Both the position numbers and the translations under genes were made by a program. From assembly GCA_037379345.1 (NCBI GenBank), contig CM074518.1:46589586-46653585 (forward strand): a stretch of 64,000 nt of DNA, read 5' to 3'. Positions 1 to 11,059 of this stretch are shown here, in pieces; positions within the stretch are counted from its first letter, which is position 1, and each line of letters starts with the position of its first letter. The DNA comes from Perna viridis (lineage: Eukaryota). Under the pieces are notes generated by a model. That model made no database searches. It worked only from the letters and a program-made list of their open reading frames with translations, and was not told the origin of the DNA.

Positions 1-402
1 CTGTATGTCGCATTGTTTTACCCCGAGCGATATCTAGAAGACTAGTTTCTTCCCATGATATTTTTAATTGACACAGCCTATGTTGCACGAAATGTTGATC
101 ACGTGTTTATCAATGTTACCATGGCTGTGGTGTAAAGGATTTGAAGCACGTCATATTAGAATCTAAGCGTTTACATGGTGAAAATAAATATTTAGATCCG
201 AAAAAAAAAATCCAGACCCTTCCTTCAATGGTCTACGATCCCATCTACGATTTAATGAAGAATGAAATGACGTAAATCCGTGCCAAGGCCAAGGCTTCCT
301 CTCATCCAAAAATAATAATAAAAAAATGTATGGTGCCTTTATTAACAGCATTGCTATAAAAATGTACCTGCAATTGCTGTTTTTATGAACAAAGATATGT
401 AC

Positions 403-445
403 CATCTGCCAGTTTTCACGAAACCTCTGCTGTTTCGAGTTCTTG
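403..445 (-). other. Candidate 43-nt exon ending in ATG, belonging to a paralogous kinase gene that continues left of the window
   Basis: atttttacAG acceptor (446-447) and ATG|GTACAT donor (401-402). Homologous to 53268-53310. Confidence 0.5.
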
Positions 446-475
446 CTGTAAAAATATTTCAAAGCCGATTAATCT

Positions 476-688
476 TAGGCACCAACCATTCTACTGCTGA
501 AAGGGGGGCTGGATTCCTTTTGAAAAAAAAATGTTCCAAAGTTTGGGGTTAATGAATTTTTTTCCTTTCTCTCTTTTACTCTCCTTTTGAAAAATAATAA
601 TAATTCTGTATTTTCCCCCATTACTTAACAAGGCAGATCAAACCCCATCAGCCTCTCCATCAAGAAAAAAAAAATGGATGGTGCCTTA
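476..688. mobile_element. MITE with TIRs taggcaccaaccatt / aatggatggtgcctta (PIF/Harbinger-like), also present in the paralog at ~53341-53510
   Basis: Imperfect terminal inverted repeats with TTA/TAA-type ends. Related TIRs occur at 5331 and 10119. Confidence 0.6.
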
Positions 689-982
689 GTAGATCATAGG
701 CCGTAGCCCAATATTGTATTCTCTCTAGCTGTTGAATTATTTTAGCCCGGTTACATTTTTTTTCCACATCTTTAGGCAGTGGAAAGTGCAGTATTACTGT
801 ATATTATAAACATTTTGATTTGGTATTTTAAAAGATCTGTGGCGGATGCAGAGTTTTAGGTAAAAGGGAGAAAAAATTGCCATGTACAAGGAGAAAGTAC
901 CAGAGAGCATGCGCACCTCCCAGCATTCAAAGCGAAGCGTGATATTCGATTTGTTGATTGGTTTATTTACAAATACACCACT

Positions 983-1401
983 AAAGTATCGGTCTTTCTA
1001 AAAATCAGACAGAAGGTGATTCATGCATGTCAAAAACCCAACAAACTCAATTGTATTTCTTGTTCAAAAACCGTTAGAGATCACACAACCAGTCTTAATT
1101 TTTCATTTGGTTGTTGCGCTTTTGAGATAAAATTCATATTCATGTAGATTGCACTTTAAATTAGCACTTTGCAAGAGTTATTGTTCTTGATTAGGTTTGA
1201 ATTGGTTGAATATAGTGGGAGGTTAAAGTGTAGTTTTCTCAAAAGTACAAATGTAAATACAGGAAGGTCTATTGCCGCATAAAAATAAAGCATACAAGTA
1301 TGTAGACCGAAAAAAGCACCATCTTATCCGTGGGATTTTTTCTACACCGTGAATCACCTTACCATAGCCAGTGCTCTGATTTTATATAGACTAGTACTTA
1401 A
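983..1401. mobile_element. Non-autonomous DNA element (TTAA-type ends), second copy at ~38145-38558
   Basis: ~420 bp collinear with 38145-38558 (aaaatcagacagaag...gactagtactta). Not seen in the paralogous region. Confidence 0.65.
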
Positions 1402-1564
1402 AAATAGGTTTAAGTCATAATATTAAGTTGACGAGACGACATATATAAACATAAATATATATTTATAAGATGGACTGAAAACTCTGACTTGGAAGGATGG
1501 CATGAACTTTTATTCACATTAAAAGAAATTCCAAGCACATGCATTGCTCGACACTATCACTTAC

Positions 1565-1576
1565 CCAAAAACTGTC
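1565..1576 (-). other. Candidate 12-nt microexon (GACAGTTTTTGG), paralog 1
   Basis: ttttacAG acceptor and GTAAGT donor. Same length and splice sites as 58981-58992. Confidence 0.55.
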
Positions 1577-2082
1577 CTGTAAAACAACTCACTACTTTTT
1601 AACTTTCTTTTAATTGATGTTAAAAACTTCTCCGTAATCTTATATGGCGCCATTGTCCTGGTTTTATCCTTTTCCATTCCACAGAACACCACAATGTTTA
1701 AAATAACGCTGATATGAATAGACTTTTAAAAAAACTGTTCTAACCCCTTCTTTCCAAAATCATGTATACGACAAATTGAAATAAATATCAGGCTCACAAC
1801 TGAACGGCGTCAATCGAATGGCATGTTTTCTGGTGAAGGTATACAAATATGTCGAATAAGCTATTGATATAACAATAAAATGTTAAATATTTAACAACAA
1901 TTCTATTTCTGTTATATTTAATACCCATATATAGCGTTCATCCGTGTTTTGCTTGCTATATGTAATCGCTTACATGTACATTAATGATCTGTGTGTTTTA
2001 AGTTATTGAATATACATGTACGTATATCGGTATGTGTGAATTCGCCAGATCGAGGCTAATGGAGTTTTTGCCTACAGCAAAA

Positions 2083-2260
2083 GCTCGGCTGGTGTTTCTA
2101 GAAAAGCAGAGGACGCCTACCCTCTCGGTGCACCTGGTCCTTGCTCCCAGTCGTTAGTGGAGTCCAAATTGCTCATTTACTTTTGTTGCTTTGTATGTAT
2201 TATTTTGGTTATTTTATGTTCTTTGTTGTGTGTGTCTGTTTTCCCTGTCTGGTCTGTTGA
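2083..2260 (+). mobile_element. Penelope-like (Naiad-type) 3' UTR fragment
   Basis: Matches the 3' UTR of the RT-bearing copy at 51140-52170. Interrupts paralog 1 and is absent from paralog 2. Confidence 0.85.
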
Positions 2261-2398
2261 TATAAGAACAAATAATGGTGTTGTCTTTTGATCAGGAAGA
2301 GTTATATTTTTTACTGGATTATTGTTGTGACTTGTTTTAATCCATTGCCGAACATATCACATAAGCCTCTGCACTTTGAATAATATAGGTACGTAGAG

Positions 2399-2440
2399 AT
2401 TGCACAATGTTTGTTCGCGAACGAAAATAAAAATGGCGGC
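2399..2440. promoter_or_regulatory. Putative promoter motifs: C/EBP-type ATTGCACAAT and YY1-type AAAATGGCGGC
   Basis: ATTGCACAAT is conserved exactly in the paralog (59604-59613). The motifs lie at the upstream limit of paralog homology. Confidence 0.35.
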
Positions 2441-5400
2441 ACAATTTTTCAGTAGTGTATCGCTGCATCATTTTGTTGCATCGTTTCGCTACCGCTGCTA
2501 TTGCTTCGCTGTTCTTTCCCGTTGTTACTTGTTTTGTCTTCCTATCATGATCGTTTTCGAAGCAGTGCAAACGAAAGCTTTAAAAAATGGTAGTGATATC
2601 TTTACTACTAGTCTGGATGTCCTCTGACCCAGCAAACTTCCTTTTATTGATTTAACCCGATATTTTGTCAAGTAGTTATACTTGGATAATGTTCTTTATG
2701 ATTATACCATCCGAATCATGGCCTCTTCTACAGATCAGGCAGTGGTTAATATGTATTATAATGAGAGCGGAACAACTTTTCAAAATCTCCAAAGCTGTTT
2801 AGATCTCTCCACTGCATTTAAATGCATTACACGTGTTCCCTTGATTACTCTTTTACATGAATGGTGGTGTGCAGCACCGACAAAGTATTTTGAACCATCT
2901 AAAAAGATACAACTGTGAAGGAGAATAGCGTATTCAATTTGATCGGTAGTGATCAGCCACACTTTGCAGCCACCCAGTCCCTTAAATAAACAATCGGAAC
3001 TCCTCAGCCGTTCTAGTTACACCAAAGAAAAACCTCGGTTGCACTAGACCGAATAGTCTGTCTGGAATTTTGACCGATCCAATTCTAAAATTATAGTTTT
3101 ACTTTTTGAAAATTTTACCATTACTGTTTTTCTAGCTCCTCGCTTCGCGCCAAAATTCTTGACTGAGTTATTGTTCTTTATTTCTAGTGATATCTAACCA
3201 AATTTGTTTTCGCCACCTGGTGGAAAGAACGACTTTGAGTCGCGTATGACTACAGTTCCCGCAAATTTTTCAAGAAGAAATTCTCATTTCTACATCCGAT
3301 GTTATTCTTAAATTCAGCGGAAATGACGTAGTAGTTCCGACTGCTAAAAAATACTGTAAGAAGTTTAAGACACAAATTAAGCAAACAAACAAGAAAAAAA
3401 AGAAAAAAAAGAAAAAAAGATATGAAAATTAAAGACAAAATAAAATAAACGAACACCATACAAACAAACAACTGAACCAACAAATAAGTAAAGACTAAAA
3501 ACAAAACAAACAAAAACATGAAGCGCTCTTATCCAACAAATCAAAGTCTGCATTGGGATCAAATGCAACAGACAACGATCGCTGTCATATTTAATTAATG
3601 ATGACATGTAAAGAACTTTGGACTCACTTTAAGCAGGACGTTAAAATGTTACATTGTATATAGAATCTATAGTGTTTCTATAAAGGCCGTGGCTATTCAA
3701 GTCTTTCGTGCTTTTTATGGACAGAAGGGGCGGATCCAGCCAATTTGAAAAGGGAGGGTGCCAGCTGGGGTTCCTCAGAAAAAAGGAGTGTGCTAGGAAC
3801 TTTTTTTGCCAATTTAGATGTGTCTAATCGTGCGATATCAACCGAAAGTGAAGAAAAGTTCTGTAATTTTACCAGGTAAAAAAATAATCAGGTGTGACCA
3901 ATGAGAAACATGTATCCTAGGTATCTAATAACAAACTTCAAAGAGAGGTCGCAAAAATTATAGAATAAAAAATTTTTAATTATCAAAAAATTACTAATTT
4001 CTAAGGGTCGACCATTAGATTCTTAAGGGGGGAGGCTGGCATTTTTTTTCAGGTCAGAAATTCTATTTCCAACCTGGTGCACATCAGATGATTTATTTTC
4101 ATCAAAACCTTGGCTAGATTATTTATTGTCCATACTCATAAGTGAGTCTATGTTTTTTTCTATGAACACTTAAATGTGCATATCCGGGTTACCAAAATAT
4201 GTGGTTTGGGTTTTATATCAAAGCACGAGTTACTTTTTATGTTTATATTTAAGACATTATTAAATGAAGTTCATTCTCTGTAATACAAGGCATAGTCTCT
4301 ATTATATACGACTGGTGGCATTCCTTGACCTGAAATATGTCCCACATATAGCGGGAAATGTTGCCAGGCCTTAACGATGCATTTGTTACAGTTACTGGAT
4401 TAAAAGGTGTAGCTAATTTAACTATCAGAGATTATGTTTTTTTATGGTAAAATTAGTCAAAAATAAAAACAAACAAACAAACAAACAAAAAAACATGTAA
4501 TTTTATTTCTTTGTTTGTAATTACATAATGTTGGCTTAATCAATGTCATAGAGTTGTTAATATATGAATTGGAAGATGTATAGGAGAATAAGACCATTAC
4601 CCAATGGTCAGTGATATGTTTGTATCATATTCAATTTCACCAAAGCCTATCAAATTTTCATTTGAAACAAAATGAAAGTCCAAGTTACTTTGATATTCAT
4701 ATGAGATTGAAATAAAATGCTAAATACAAACGTTTCAATGATTAGTAAAAGTTATGTACCCTTGCACCTAATTTGCGGTAACTGCTATTAGATGAACTGT
4801 CTTCTCACGATAAAGTTTCACTGACATAGTAATGCTTGCGTGGGTTTCATAAAAAAATCTAATTGAGATTTTCCTCAGACCATTGAGTTTCCTAAAATCT
4901 TCAACCACAAGCGATCTGATTGGTTAAAATTTGCATGAGTTGAAGGAGGATTCGAGGAAAATGTCAATTTGAGATTTCAATGAAACCGGACACTGCTCTA
5001 TATGTTTAATAGGGTTTAAAATTAAATAACTATTTTTAAATATAAAATTATAAGATTTTAGGATATGTCTATAGCTATATGAAGGACGATGGTATAAGTA
5101 TTAGCCAAATAGCGACTTTGTGGATAGTCTCGACCGACGAGAATAATTTTGCAAGACGTCCTTAATTACTCTATCTGTTTATGCCTTCAAACAACCACTT
5201 CCGAATTACGTCCGTCATTTCCGACAGAACATTTTATAGTATTACAAGATTTAGACCCCTACAATTTCCATACAAGACATACCTTTCGAGAAGTAGTAAG
5301 TCATTTCTAGGCTGTCAAATACATGTAAGTTAGGCACCGACCATTTTTATACCGGGGGTGGGGGGATGCTGGGATTTTCAATGTTGCTAAATATTTTTTT

Positions 5401-6189
5401 TTTTGTGCTCTTCTTAAAATTATTTATTTTTTTTCAATAGCAATCGAATTACAATTTTTTTCAGGAATATGGAAGTTTGTTTTTTGGCTAGTCAAATTTA
5501 CGATAGACAATAAACGTAAAATATCAAGGGAGGACATATGAAAGTAAGACTCCAAATAAAATCAATTTATAGGTTTACATCCCCTCCCGCTCCTTAAAAA
5601 TGACATTTCTTTTTAAATGGGACGGCAATTTCAAAATCAGGATTTTTTCATTTCAGTATTTACGTACTATAATATACAAATCTTTCAAGTCTTGCTGGCC
5701 AAAATAATATTTCTTCTTTGAATCTGATGTGGCTTTTTATTTAAAACATGTCTATATACCAAAAAAGATAAAATTAGGCCAGCAAATATTTGGTAAGGAG
5801 TAAAAAATAAAAAAAAAGAAAATTCTTCCCCCTCGTTAGGGTTCAATGAAATTTATTTGGCCTAAACAAGAAATGTCTTTGTCTGTAGCCAGGACTTGAA
5901 GAGGGGCTGCTTCTTTTTTTCTAAACCATACAGAGCACGAGAAAGTCTGGGATTTGTGCAGGCTGGAAAGTTTCTTCTGCGATAGCACGAGAAAATCAGG
6001 GACTTTTGCAGGGAAGCAGCCCACCTCGCAATCAATTATGCAAGGCCAATCTAGAGTCTATACCTCTTTAGCACCCCAAAATATATCAATTAGACATGAA
6101 GCAATCTATGAGTAAATTAGTGATTGTATATTAAAATTCATGCACACTTATATAGAAAATAAGTGGTGACAGGAGACAACCTTGGAGTA

Positions 6190-8060
6190 TTTCTTGTATG
6201 TTCATTGAAGGATGGTGAGAGTGTTGAATTGTGGATGACTTGGCATTTGTAGAGTCTTTGGATAATCTTTACAATTTGACAGGGATTCCACAGTGTCTTA
6301 GTACCTTCCAAAGCGCATTTCTGTCAACTATGCTAAGGCCTTCTTCAAGTCCGCGAAGTTTATGCAGAAGGCTGATTGCCATTCTATTTACTCCTCGATG
6401 ATGACCCGTAATGTGGCAATCTGGTCAATACATGATCGACCGCATCGGAATCTGGAGAGTAGCTGAATTTCTCTCTAATATATTGGAAGTTGCTCAGGTC
6501 GCCCTTCTTTGGAAATATAATGATGCAGCTTTAACTCCACTCTTAAGGGATTTCGACTGTTTGCCAGATGTTTAAAAACAAGTCATGCATGGTGATATAG
6601 GGCCCCCAGCAGGTCCGAGTGTCAACAAAACAGTTGAAATATTTCTGCTCCAACAATCAATCAATCAATCGAGATGTTGTAGGTTTTTCCGGGTTGATCT
6701 TCAAAACTTCAACTGGAAATTTGGATCGGTCCTGGGGCTTTTCCAGTCTTCATTCGTAGGGCTTTTATGATTTCATTCTTCGAAATTGTGCCAGTATCAA
6801 CATCAAGGTCTTCTCCAGGAGGTAGATCATGAGCATCTGATATATCTAGGTTTGTTATCACATTGCCATATTTGTCTTTCACTGGTTTGGATGTGTTGGT
6901 ATTTCTACCTGTCAGTTGGCGTGTGATGTACTCAGTTTTGTGTCATTTCTGCCCATTGCATTCTTTGCTTTTGAAGCGAGCTCGTTGATGTAGGTTCTTT
7001 TTATCCTGTCTGTTCCTTTTTCTTCCCTTCTTTCCTAATGCTTATGTTCGCTCGTCAACCATCTTGTCTTTAGCTGGTCAAGTTATATCTTAACAGACCT
7101 ACTCTTCCCAGTTGTCTCGATTGTATCGTCAGATAACCATGGCTTGTATTCCTTGTTTTAGAATCCTAATTCTTCTTGGCATGTGGTGTTATGTGTGGAT
7201 TTTACTCTTTCATTTGTTTGTCTACTGCGCCTCTTCCTTATGTTATACTTTCGCCTTCTAATCTGATATTGTCTGGTTGCCATGACTATCCTGATCTTCA
7301 ATTTAGCCACCACAAGTTGATGATCGGACGTTATATCAGCACCTCGATGAGCTCTAACGGCTGTAATGTTCTTTCTCCATCTCCTGGCGACTTAAATGTG
7401 GTTTGTCTGGTTTCTAGTTTTCATCTTTCGAGACACACGGGTTGTTTTGTGTATATCCTTGTGAGGAAGTTGGAATGTCGTACATCCTATGACCAGATCA
7501 TTCTGGGAGCAAAAATCTGCATTCTGAGTTTTCCATTTTCGTTGATGTTACCAATTTATTCCCTCCCCGTGATGAGTTCTCTCCCTTTGTTGTCTTTTCA
7601 AACTTTGGCATTCATGTCACCCATTACAATCAAGATGCCCAAAGTGTTGTTCAATTTTGGGAGTTGGTTGTAATACTCTTTGTCTTCTTCCTCTGCTACA
7701 TTGGTAGGAGCGTAGCATTGAATGACTGTTACTTTTTGTATCTTTGACATAAATCTTGCCACGATAAATCTTTCACTCACAGGATTCCATTCGATGAATG
7801 ATGATTTGGCCTTCATGTTGAGTAAGATTTCTACTCCATGTTGATGGTTGCCATCCTCGTTTTGTGGTCCAAAGAACAGTAGAGTTTACCCTGAAGATAG
7901 TATGACCTCTCCAGATGATTTCCATCTAACTTCGTCCCAAAAGGTTGTAGCGCTCCATTTCTATTGCAGCCTGGGCACCTTTTCCGGTTTCGTATAATGC
8001 CTCCACGATCCAGCGTGCAATAATTGAGGCAGTCTTAAGGAGAAAAGATTCATCGGCGGA
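6190..8060 (-). mobile_element. RTE-clade LINE remnant (APE endonuclease plus N-terminal RT), degenerate
   Basis: Fragments ALYETGKGAQAAIEMERYNL, WNPVSERFIVARF, IQCYAPTN, MGDMNAKV, and RT fragment DQIATLRVIIE...KVLRHCGIP. Many stops and frameshifts. Confidence 0.88.
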
Positions 8061-8086
8061 TGAAAAATTATAATTAAGTTAAATCG

Positions 8087-8216
8087 AAGACCAGACATGG
8101 AAAACAGACATACACGACATAGAACATAAATTAACTAAAATCATACATACAATTGAAAGTAACAAAAACAAATGAGCAACTCGGACTCCACTAAAAACTG
8201 AGAGCTTGGACCAGGA
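8087..8216 (-). mobile_element. Penelope-like (Naiad-type) 3' UTR fragment
   Basis: aagaccagacatggaaaacagac...atgagcaactcggactccactaaaaactg matches the other copies. Confidence 0.85.
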
Positions 8217-9114
8217 AGACCGGTATATTTCAGGAATGTTGCATTTGCCTCAGATCATATAGTGTAAATATTAATTAGTGTCGTAATTAAATGTATTATG
8301 TAAAAGATGCATATATAAAGATCGGTATATACATGTAATGATTTTATCTTAAACAGATAAAAGGTGCTATGGAGTAGTATTTATAGTTATATTGCTCATG
8401 AAAGACGTGCATTATAAAGATTTGACCAGCGTCTGCTTTAGTGGTGGTTCTAATAGTTGAGAGCATTCAGTGTCATTAATTATATAAGATCAGTGTTGCC
8501 GTAACAAATACGAGATTGTGTGTTATGTTGGATGGTACTTTGTTACAAATATTAATAACTTTTTATTTTTTTTTTATTGACTGTTATATGTAGTCTGAGA
8601 GTACACGCTCTGCTAGTGGGCAGCACGAGCTGTATAGTTTGCAGTCGAGTAACTTTTTAATGAATTAAAACTTTTGAGATTGTGCATTAGGTACATTGAA
8701 CTACTATTAAGTCTTAAGTGTCGTAAGGTTTCACCTTATTTCATTTGGATTTAATTGCACTTTCTCTAATAAATTTACTGAGGACTTAGATAACGTATAA
8801 GTACATTTGTGTAGTTCATGTTCTTATTAGCAATGTTACATAACATATGAAATTGATCAAAAGACCCATTAAAGACAATAAAGCCATCATCTCGGAGCTA
8901 ATTATGTTGTGCTTGTTTGGGAACTTTTCAACCATAAAGTTCTTTCACTTGTATGCCGCATATGTCTTGGCAAGGGACTGTACTCATTGCACATCGCATT
9001 AAGAATTAATTCCAATCGAAAAAAAAAATATTAGAAGTAAGTTCTCATTGCTCAAAAGTATAGCATAGTCGTCTTTAGTGAACGTTTTCACCGCCTTAAT
9101 TAGTTCATTACTGA

Positions 9115-9701
9115 TTATAATGTTTAGTAGTAGTTCGGTTTAGTGGTAGTTGGTTATAATGTTTAGTGGTAGTTGGTTATAATGTTTAGTGGTAGCTCGT
9201 TATAATGTTTAGTGGTAGTTGGTTATAATGTTTAGTGGTAGTTGGTTATAATGTTTAGTGGTAGTTCGTTATAATGTTTAGTGGTAGCTCGTTATAATGT
9301 TTAGTGGTAGTTGGTTATAATGTTTAGTGGTAGTTGGTTATAATGTTTAGTGGTAGCTCGTTATAATGTTTAGTGGTAGTTGGTTATAATGTTTAGTGGT
9401 AGCTCGTTATAATGTTTAGTGGTAGTTGGTTATAATGTTTAGTGGTAGTTCGTTATAATGTTAAGTGGTAGTTGGTTATAATGTTTAGTGGTAGTTCGTT
9501 ATAATGTTTAGTGGTAGCTCGTTATAATGTTTAGTGGTAGCTCGTTATAATGTTTAGTGGTAGTTGGTTATAATGTTTAGTGGTAGCTCGTTATAATGTT
9601 TAGTGGTAGTTCGTTATAATGTTAAGTGGTAGTTGGTTATAATGTTTAGTGGTAGTTCGTTATAATGTTAAGTGGTAGTTGGTTATAGTGTTTAGTGGTA
9701 G
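9115..9701. repeat. 23-bp minisatellite, ~25 copies (gttataatgtttagtggtag+ttg/ctc/ttc)
   Basis: Period 23 read directly (9153, 9176, ...). Confidence 0.97.
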
Positions 9702-10476
9702 CATCTATCTAATAGTCTGTTTAACAATATAACACAAAAGTTTCCGGATATTGATATCCATTCAGTTGCTCATTATAACATTATGAATTTTTCGACTATA
9801 AACCGTAAAATGTTAATATTAAATACATTTGTTATATACTCCTTCATACATAATTTAACATGTTGAATGGCAGTTTATGGTACATTCACTATATGTACAT
9901 GAGATTCCTCTCTTCTCCTTTCCATTTCTTTTTTAAAATTTTTTTCCTACCTAAACTTTTTTTTTGAAAAACAGAATACAACATTATTTTTTTCACCGTT
10001 AAGCAACTTCATTTATTTTTTTCTTGCCACAACAAAAGTATTTTTTTGTTTCTAAGTGAAATTAATATTTTTTTCAAAAATATCCCAGGCCCCCTCAATA
10101 TGAAAAAGGTCAGTGCCTTAAAACACAGGAAGAATCTAATGGCCGATTGGAGTGTGATGAAAAGCTAGGTTGTTTTACATACTGCATTGTGAAAGAAAAA
10201 GTAAGTGTATTTTCAAGGTAAGTGAATGATATCTAGGTCAAGCACAAATCCAGTCGCCCTACTTTGAACATGTTTACGTGACACCTGCATGTTTTATGTT
10301 CTAGCCGCCACACAATACCTCTGTCTAGAATTTCATGATATGTCAATATTTTGGATCTTTTTCTGTGGCTCGTATGATTAAAAGCGCTTGTGGAATGCCG
10401 TAGGTCGGTTTCTTTGATGTTTTGGTTATTGTAAATCCGATACAATATTTAGTAATCTGAGGGCGGCGCTTCCATG

Positions 10477-11059
10477 TATGGCAAGCCAAAGTGGACAAAA
10501 ATCAAAATTTTGTTATATTAGAAAATGAATTTCGAATATTACAAAATCATTTATTTTAATATTAGAAAAGATTTTTAATATTAGAAATTCATTTCGTAAT
10601 GTTAAAAATTAATTTTCTAATATTACAAATTCCTGATTTAGTAATATTATACAACGTCACACATTTTGTAATATTACAAATTGAATTTGTAATATTAGAA
10701 AATGAATTTGTAATATAAGAAAATGACTTTGTAATATTAGAAAATCACTTTGCAACATTGCAAAATCAGTCACATTTTTTAATATTACAAAATTATTTTC
10801 TAATATTGAAAAATCGTAATTGAATACAAGAAGTCCATTTTCTAGTATTAGAAAATCAATTTCTAATATTAAAAAATCGTTTTGTAATATTAGAAATTCA
10901 ATCGATTTTTTAATATTAAAAAAGAGTTTTGTAATATTAGAAATCTAATTTGTAATATTAGAAAATGAATTTGTAATGTTAGAAAATGAATTTGTAATAT
11001 TAAAAAATCATTTTTTAATATTAGAAAATACTTATTTTTGTCCACTTTGGCTTGCCATA
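10477..11059. mobile_element. MITE with perfect 26-bp TIRs and internal AT-rich ~21-bp repeats
   Basis: tatggcaagccaaagtggacaaaaat (10477) and atttttgtccactttggcttgccata (11034-11059). Interior is made of taatattagaaaatgaatttg-like units. Confidence 0.88.

Larger units (their letters stand above)
171..2472. repeat. Diverged segmental duplicate of the kinase 5' region (171-980 ~ 53035-53852; ~1505-2472 ~ ~58910-59674)
   Basis: Collinear shared blocks, e.g. acatggtgaaaataaatattt, ctacgatttaatg, gtaccatctgcca, ttacttaacaaggca, cattgctcgacactatcact, gagattgcacaatgtttgttcg, tcgctgcatcatt. Roughly 70-75% identity by eye. Confidence 0.9.

Noticed and set aside
163-462. 99-aa ORF as a standalone gene
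   Set aside because: Only the 403-445 part has splice-site support. The rest reads through intron-like and MITE-derived sequence.
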